64,000 nucleotides of DNA from the NCBI RefSeq assembly GCF_009914755.1, contig NC_060946.1; one strand, given 5' to 3'. A program made the position numbers and the translations under genes. This DNA comes from the human T2T-CHM13v2.0 reference genome, Homo sapiens. Under the pieces are notes generated by a model that saw only the letters and a list, made by a program, of their open reading frames with translations, searched no databases and was not told where the DNA came from. Of this stretch, positions 52,306 through 64,000 are shown one piece after another. The number at the start of each line of letters is the position of its first letter. The first letter of the stretch is position 1.

Positions 52306-53633
52306 CTGGTAAGATGTTATTTTTGTTACTGATTTTACATATAACCTTATTATTAAATTTTGTTAATAATATTTAACTCTAATATATACACTTTGAAAAA
52401 TACCACCACACACTGATTCTTCTCCTCCTCCTCATGTGTACACATTCCTGTTTATTACTGAATCCAGTTAAGGATAAAGAAGGCGTTATCTTTGTGCCAC
52501 ACTGGTGCTGTGTTACTCATACAACACATTCAGTGCACTGATGAATGTGCAATGCTTAAAAACCTTCTGAAGTCTCAAAAAGAAACAGGTATGTGGGTGG
52601 GACTGGTGGCAGTGAATTTTACACTGCAATGTTTTCCCTCTTTTTTATAAGAAGAAGCTCAAATCAACCTCAGAGTTCCTCACATATTCAGTCACCAGCT
52701 CAAATCCTTCCAATAGATTTCCATCTCAGAAGAAAACTAACATTCCAATGGCCTTAGAGGCTCTAGTTAACCTGGCTTCCACTTCCCTCCCTGACCCCAG
52801 CTGCTATGTCTCTCTTCCCTACTCCCACCGTTCCTACCACCCCTCATTAGTCTAAAAATGAGGATCCAATGTGAAACTAATAAATCACAGACAGCTAAGC
52901 TGATCTTTGTACTGGACAACCTTATATCCAAATGAGTCATTGAGCCTTGAAATAAAAATTATGACCATATTTTTGACTGAAAAATTGAAAGTAAGTTATA
53001 AATGCCAGTGGGAAGATTAAATCAAATATGGTTTGGGTAACATTTACCACATTTTCCCCATATTATAATGTAAGAAAGATGTCTTTAAAGAATGGAATGG
53101 TTGTATCAATATATAATTTGAGACTGAATTATTTTCAGATTTAAGTCAAATTGACATGAATTAAAAAAAATTATACCAACTAAGATACATTAAAAGCTAT
53201 TGAGGAAGAATAATTATAAAATAGGAAATACACTTTAGTTCATCTGTTCATCTGGGAAATCTGGAATTAACTGTCAAAGTAATCTAATTAATTGAATCTA
53301 TTTCAAAATAACACTTTAGGTATGAATATTTCTTTATATCTGCTTTATCATAATCCTAAAATGTGGCAACATACAGACATTAAAATTATTTCAGCACTGT
53401 AAGACTACATTATAAATGTTAGTCTATATTAACATTTTGTAACTGAAACGTTTAAAATTTCCTAAGTGTCACATTGTCTTTACTCAAAGGAAAGCATCTC
53501 CTAGCTCTAACTTTTATTTGCTGGAAACAAATTCAGTTTCTAAGGTGATATAGCAGAACCGTTTATCATGTATATATTTTGATATTCAACTAGATTCAGT
53601 GTTTAGCCATAACCAAATATACTTTAAATTTTA

Positions 53634-54599
<966 letters not shown>

Positions 54600-55738
54600 C
54601 TAAATAAAACAAAGAAAACTTTCAAGTAGCACCCAATAAAATGACATACTATGATTTCTTCTGAAACTAAATAAGTAATAACCTGTACATTTATATAATG
54701 AAAGAGTTGCTATCTGGATATCCAACTGGAAAAAAAAAGTTGAATCAAAACCTCAAACCTTTTAGAGCATAAATTCTCAAAAGTTCAAAAACGTATTTGA
54801 AGACAATGAATCTATGAAAGCCAAAAAAAAAAAAAAAAAGAAACCACTAGAAATTCTTTAAGAATCTGATTTTTTTAAAAAAGGCTTTTACTGAATTTCA
54901 ACAAACCCAAAAACATAAATGATTAATAACTATGACTACATTTAGAAACTGGGCTTACACACTAACATCTAACCTTTACTTTCCCTATAGTAAGAGCCTT
55001 AGCTCTGCAGATATCTGGACAGATAAAATTTTCCAAATTCCTTAAGTTTCTTTTTCCTGTGAATATTTTATAGATAATTCTACTTTTCTTACATTTTTAG
55101 AGGCAGTTTTAACAATGACATGTATTGATAAATGACAGATCTAGGCATTGTACTAAGCACTTTGGTATGCATACATCAATAAATTCATTTAGTTATCACA
55201 ATTCTGCAGGGAAAGGTTAAAAATAGAAGCAAGCTGCTGGGTTTTTCCTAGGTCCTCTGACTGCTTCTAGTGCTCCTCCACCAGATCACAGTTACTTCCA
55301 TGGGGTAGATATACCAATACAATAGAAAACTTTTCTTTCAAAACACCAAAGAAGATAAAATTTATAAAGCTCTTCTTAGGAAATCCTGAGATTATGTACT
55401 ATTATGATAACTTTTATTTCCTTTTCACAATGTTTGAGACCATAATTAATGCAAAATAGGGAAAACTACACTGAACTATGTCACTAGGAACAAATTACTT
55501 ACCGACAAAATATCACTAAGTATATATATTATGGGATATCATTGTTTTCCAAAGGTCTTTGAGCTGAAATAAAATATAACTTTGAAGCCAAGATTTATAA
55601 TAAATAATTGTAGCTATAAGTATCATTTATTTTTAAGATGAAATAAAATTTGTGGTTTGTTTTAGAACTAAGTCAAAGGGATATTCTAAGTAATATTAAT
55701 AAAATAAAATTAGAAATGTAAAATTTTACCAAACATTA

Positions 55739-56038
<300 letters not shown>

Positions 56039-56186
56039 TCATATTAATTTGTCACTTCGGTGTCTTCCAAAGAAGACATATAAATTGAAAGGTAGTAAGG
56101 AATGAACATCCTGCTAATTGATTAGCTTCTGTTACTAGTAATTCTAGTAAATATTATGGAAAAGGATGTTGAAAATTATTAGGTAA

Positions 56187-56518
<332 letters not shown>

Positions 56519-57006
56519 AAAAATTACCTTTTCTTCACACAGTAATAATTACTCCTCAGTCAGGATGAATCATTTAGCGTTAGCTAATTTTAAAAAAGTT
56601 ATTTTTTATAAACAAGTTGATACCTTCACTAGAAATAAATTTTCATCTTCATGAAATACTGCAGGTATCCCTAAACATGATTTACATTGTAAGATAGCAC
56701 CTTCAGATGCTCTCCAGATGACGATAATCCAAGACTAAGCTAAGGAATCTAAGATGTTACCCCATACGTTTTATGTTTCTTTTTCTGGTAACACTTTTGA
56801 CTTATTCTGTTGATTAGTATGTATTTTACAAACAATTTTAAAATCCATTCTCAAACAAGACAAGATCTAATATTTAAACAATAAAGAATAATATCTGCCT
56901 TCCGCATAGAAGTTTGAATTAAACTCTGTAGCAGAGACAGATGTTCACTAATCAGTAATCACTTTCCATTTTACTTTTCATTCGCTGCATATTAAGAGTA
57001 AAACTG

Positions 57007-57316
57007 GGCCAGGCGTGATTGCTCACACTGTAATCCCAGAACTACGGGAGGCCAAAGCCAGCAGATAACTTGCGGTCAGGAGTTTGAGACCAGTCTGGCC
57101 AAAATGGCAAAACCTCATCTCTACTTAAAAAAAAAAAAAAGAAATTAGAAAGGCATGGGGACATGTGCCTGTAATCCCAGCTACTTGGGAGGCTGAGGCA
57201 CAAGAATCGCTTGAACCCGGAAGCAGAGGCTGCAGTGAGCCGAGATTTCGCTGCTGCACTCCAACCTGGGTGACAGCGCAAGACTGTCTCAAAAGGACAA
57301 AAAAAAAAAACAAAAA
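57007..57316 (+). mobile_element. AluS
   Basis: Diverged dimer with expanded middle A-run. Confidence 0.9.
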
Positions 57317-57789
57317 CTGGTTAATTTTAAAAATAATCACTCTGGGTGGAGAAAAGTATACATTTCATACTCAAATTATAAATTATAAACTTTCTTAAGA
57401 ACAACTTAGTAATATTAATCAAAGATCTCTTTTAAAAAGCTCCTATACTCTAACCAGATAGCTCTATTTTGAAAAATTTATCCAAAGAAAAGAAATAGAA
57501 ATGTAGACAACTATGGATATACAAGATGTTTCTTACAGCATTAATACAAAAAATTAAAACCCGCAATTTCAATTTATTAAATAATGAAATTTCCATAGGG
57601 TGGAATTCTATATAGCCATTAAAATAATGATTTAAAGGAATATGCAATTAATTATTAGAGAAGTATTCACCATTAACTTGTGATTTTTTTATCCAAAAAT
57701 TTCACATTCCACAATTTTAAGAGGTTTTCTTCTCTATTAAACCCTAGAAGGTAAGTCAGCTATTACAAAAATTATCCTATATATCCTTA

Positions 57790-58227
<438 letters not shown>

Positions 58228-60875
58228 TTAGCTTCAAGTGTAGTAAAGAACACAGACAAAAATGTGACAATTACAAATTCGGATAGATGCTATAAGAATA
58301 CATAGTTGTTTTAGTCACGTAAGAGAATCTGACCTATATTTGGCTGAGGGAAGATTTCCCTGAGGAAGAGAAGGATACACTGAGAAATAAAAAATGAGAA
58401 GGAAGCAGTTGAGCAAAGGAGGAAGCAAAGCACTCTGGCTAGTCTGCTGCACGTGCTGGAGCTCTGCGGCAATCTGCTTCCAGCCAAGAGGGAGCAACGG
58501 GTGCTGATTTTCCTCCTTACCTGAAACTACCAAAAACAACACAGACAAAATATATTCAACAATGATTTTCAACACAGTGGACTTCACACAATGAAGATGG
58601 TCATCACTAAAAGACAGGAAACAAATGTAGGCCTTTTTGTTGACAGAGCTTCTTTGGTTGACAGAGCTCCCAGGCCATGACAAAGAGAGAAAATCTGACA
58701 TAGATTCCCTGAGCTGGGGCGGTGACACTAAGAATCCGGTAAAACAAAAGCAGAGAGAAATCACAGGACAGAACACTGGAGAGGAGAAAGCAGCAGAGGA
58801 AACAAACTCTGGAGATCTGCAGAGGTCCCCTCTAAAGTATTTAGTGGAATAATGAAAAAAATGGATGTGTGCTAGGAAACTTCCTAAGACCAAGGGGTGG
58901 CGAGCGGTGGGGGGGCACGATAGAAAAAGATGAGGAGAAACCAAGCCTGCTGTTCACAAAGTGCCCAGAAGAGGGTCCAATCCCAAGAGCCAGGCCCAAA
59001 ACACTCATACTTCACAGGACAATAAATAATCCGAAAACTCAACTATAATTTTTAAACAATTATTGTTTAAAAAGATCTTTACACTTGGAAATTTTTTTAA
59101 TTTATGATATAAATCCTGGGTGAAAGGGGCAATAAAAACAGATAGTACAGAATTTCTTTTGAAAATAATGATAATAAATATACTACATATCAGACTCATT
59201 GGGATATATATAAAGTGATCCTAGAAAAATTCATAACAGTAAACATTTCTGTCAATAAAAATAAAACAATGAAAATGAATGAAATTCCCAGTTCCAGTTA
59301 AATAGAAAAGCACAAAAGGTAAACTAAAAGAAAATTCAAGGAAAGAAGTCATAAAATAGCAAGGATAAAAGCAGAAATCAATAAAGTAGAGAATATAAAA
59401 ACAGTAAACATAATTAATAAATTGAAATCCTGATTTTTAAAAAAAATCCAGAAAGACAAATCATGAGTTAATTTGATCAAGAAAAAAGATAATAGACATG
59501 TATATAAATTAACAAATGACAAAAGAAAATCACTATTTAAAAAGAATTTTTAATATTATAAAAGATTACTGTGAAAATTTTACTTGTACCCTAGAGTATA
59601 TACAAACAATAAACAAAATTTTAATTTAAAAAAAGACTACTTTGAAGACCTCTATACTATAAATGTGAAAATCTAGATGAAATAGATAAATTTCTAGGAA
59701 AATGGAGATTAACAAAATTAACTCCTGTAAATAAAAGACAAATCTTAAGCACACCAATTTACATGGAAGAATTAGAGTAAGTTAGTAGGAATTAAAGAAA
59801 GTTACTCCACCAAAAAAAAGAAACAAAAAACAAAATACCAACCCCAAATGATTTCACAAGGAAATTTTCCTAAACTTCCAAAGACCTGATAGTCCCAATG
59901 CTCCATAAATTGTTCCAGAGTACTGAAAAGGAGAGAAAACTTCTTAAAGCTTTTAATGAAACCAGTTTTAACACCAATATCTAAACCAGCTCAAGACAGT
60001 ATTCCCCCGCCACAAAACAAACAAACAAAAAAACAAAACCTACATGGTGGGAGATGGGGAAGATGGTGGAGTAAGAAGCACCAAGTATCTGTCTCCCCAC
60101 CTAGACAACAATAGCATTGGCAGAATCTGTCTCATGTAGTAAATCAACAGAAACTATCCCTGAGAAAGACCAGATGGTAGCTTTACTAAAGAAAGACTTT
60201 AAAACAACTGTCTTAAAAATTCTCAAAGAGCTAAAAGAAGCTGTAGACAAAATCAAGAAAATGATGTATGAACAGAATGGAAATTTCAATAAAGAAATTG
60301 AAATCATAAAAAGGAACCAAAAAAGTTCTGGATATTATTGTAATCTTAGTTTGTGGCTTCACTTTTTGTTTTCTACATGATTTAAGAGACTAATGCATTA
60401 AAATTTATATATGTCTATGTTTTTGAACACACAATGTATAAAGATGTGATTTTTATGACATCAATAACTGAAAGAGTGTGGGGATAGAGTTGTATAAGAG
60501 CAGAGTTTTGTCTGTTACCGAAGTTGAGCTGGTATAAATTCAAAGTAGAGAGTTATAACTTTACGATGTTAAATGTAATCCCCATGGTAACCATAAAGAA
60601 AATAGCTATAGAATATACACAAAAGAATGGAAAAGGGAGTTAAAATGTTTCACTACAAAAAAAAAAAAAAAATCAACCAAACACAAAGGGTGACAACATG
60701 GATGAACCTTGAAGACATTATGCTAAGCAGAATAAGCCAGTCCCAATACGAAAAATGTATAATTCCACTCAAAAGAGGTGCTTAGAGTAGTCTCATCCAC
60801 AGAGACAGAAAGCAAAATGGCGGTTGCCAGGGGCTGGAGGAAGGGGGAAATGGCGTATCATTGTCTAATGAATAA

Positions 60876-61137
<262 letters not shown>

Positions 61138-63519
61138 AATGTCACTGGATATATACTTAAAAATAGTTAAAAGGATAAATGTTATATGTATATTACTGAA
61201 AATTTAAATAAGTAGTGTTAAAATTGCAGACCAAAAATACTTATGAATGTCAAAACCGACGTACTAAATAAAATATAACCAAACAGAATCCAACACCACA
61301 TTATGAAAATAACAAACCATAGCCAAGTGGGATCAACATTAGGAAATTCCTTCAAATAATATACCGTATCAATATATTTAAAGAAAAAAAAATCAAGAGA
61401 TTATCTCCATAGATGCTGAAAAAGCCTTCACCAACACCAAAATTCTACAATCACTCTTTACAAAAAAACACTCAAAAATGAGAATCGAGGGATACTTTCA
61501 TAATATGATAAAATATATGATAATGTGTGTGCATGTGTGTGTGCGTGTGTGTGTGTGCAAGATACTCCACTGCTATTCAACATTGTACTAAAAAGTTTAT
61601 TAATGGAATTATACAAGAGAAATTAATTGGAGGCACAAAAATTGACAAAGAAGAAAAACAATTCTATTTGCAAATGATACACCATCATACCCAGAAAACC
61701 CTAGAGAATCCATGATAAAACTAACTCAATAATAAAAGAATTCAGTAAAGCTATAGGATATGGAATTAACATATACAGATATATATATGTTAGATATATA
61801 GATATACGTTATATATATTGATACCAATACCCTTTATATACACAAACAATAAGTAGTTAAAGAACATAATGGAGAAGAAAAAAGTCTCATTTACAATAGC
61901 AACAAGGAAGATTCAATACTTGGAATAAACTTAGCAAGAAATATGCAAAACCCAAATGAATAAACCTTAAAACACTTCTAGAAGACAGACAAGTCAGCTT
62001 GAATAAGTGGACAAACTTGTTCTTGGATAGGATGATTTAACACCATAAAAATGCTAGTTCTCCCAAAGTTAATGTATAAATTTAATGCAATTCCAATAAA
62101 AATACCAACAAACTTCTTATGGAGGTAAACAAGTTGACACTAAAGTCTATACGGAAAAAACAAACATAAATAATAGCCAGGAAAACATTTTAGAATAAAG
62201 CTATGCGGAGGTACTAGTCCTACCAGACAATAAAACATACTATAAAGCCTTTAATGACAAAATATTAGAGGTATTTCCTCTAATTAAGACAGTGTGGTAA
62301 TTAAGACAATGTGGCTTTGGTATATGAATAGCTTACAACAAGTGGAATCAGAAAAAAATTCAGAAATAAGCCCATGCACACATGAAAATTTGATTTATGA
62401 TTATTATTAAGTTATCTCACATCACTGGGGCAAATATTGACATGTCAATAAATAGTACTGCAACCTATATCACGGATAATGAGCTAATAGTTCCAATATT
62501 TAAAATAAAGAATAAGATTAAAACCCAATGGAAAGTAGAAATAATGAACAAATTTAGGGAAGAAAATAGACATCCAGCTTCAAGAAGTCCAAAAGACTCC
62601 AACTAGAATTAATTTAAAGAAGTCCACTACAAGATATATTATAATAATTTGTCAGAAGTCAAAGACAAAAACAGAATTTTGAAAGCAGCAAGAGAAAAGC
62701 AACTTTTCATATAAAAGGGGGCCACGATGAGACTATTAACAAATTTCTTAGCAGAAACCTTACAAGCCAGAAGGGAGATGGATGATATATTCAAAAGAAA
62801 ACAATGGGCAGTCAAGAATACTCTCTCTAGCAAAACTGTCTTTCAAAAATGGAAGGGAAATAAAGACTTTCTCATGTGCACAAAAGCTGAAAGAGTTCAT
62901 CGCCACTATACCTGCCTTATAAGAAATGCTAAAGGGAGTCCATCATGTTGAAATAAAAGAATGCTAGGCAGCAACATCAAAACATATGAAAGGTAAAATT
63001 CCTTGTAAAGGTAAATATATAAACAAATATAGGATATTTTAATACTATAATGACAATGTGTAAATCTTGGAATTCTGGTATAGTACTTAAAAGACAAAGT
63101 TATAAAAATAACTCACTATAAAAATCAGTTAATGAATACACAACATTAAAAAATATAATTTGTGACATGAATAACATAAAGTGGGGGAGAGGCAGTAAAA
63201 AAGTAGAGTTTTTGTGTGCAATTGAAATTAAGTTGTTATAAGCTTAGAATAGACTGTTATAAGTATAGGCTGTTTTAAGTAAGCTTCATGGTAACCACAA
63301 AGAAAATATCTATAGAAGATACACAAAAGGAAATGAGAAAGGAATCAAATCTCATCATTACCCAAAAAACATCAATGAAACACAAAGAAGGGCAGTAAGA
63401 GTAGAAAAGAGGGACAAAAAAGCTACAAGACTGACTGAAAATAATTACCAAAATGGCAACAGTAAGTCCTTCCCTATCAGTAGTTACTTTAAGTATAAAT
63501 AGAATAAACTCTCCAATCA

Positions 63520-63937
<418 letters not shown>

Positions 63938-64000
63938 TTAAGAATGCACATAGGTTGAAAGTGAGAAGATGGAAAAAGATATTTCATGCCAATGTTAACT

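Overview
Primate, almost certainly human, repeat-rich pericentromeric segmental-duplication DNA with no intact protein-coding gene. It is a mosaic of four unprocessed (intron-containing) pseudogene fragments: TPTE/TPTE2 (+, ~1.4-17.3 kb); SLC25A15/ORNT1 (-, 24.2-29.3 kb; exons 2, 6 and 7 only); the last two exons of PARP4 (-, 32.3-38.2 kb); and the coiled-coil exons of ANKRD62 (-, 48.8-58.0 kb). From memory, and not checked against a database, this order matches the TPTEP1 / SLC25A15P5 / PARP4P3 / ANKRD62P1 cluster at 22q11.1, though a close paralog cannot be excluded. The rest is about 20 Alus, a full-length dead L1PA3-like element, several truncated L1s, two ERVK solo LTRs, MaLR, Tigger and MIR fragments, and microsatellites. 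The most notable signals are: (1) a decayed tandem array of 51-96 nt frame-preserving micro-exons resembling the TPTE N-terminal 18-aa repeat; (2) apparent duplicon junctions that fall in retroelements lacking target-site duplications (TSDs); (3) an L1 antisense promoter aimed at the PARP4 exons; (4) a still-open ~440-codon ANKRD62 frame rescued by compensating indels; and (5) several DNA-repair scars. I found no convincing evidence of a wholly new biological system. Gene and repeat-family calls rest on recalled sequences, and boundaries of old repeats are approximate.
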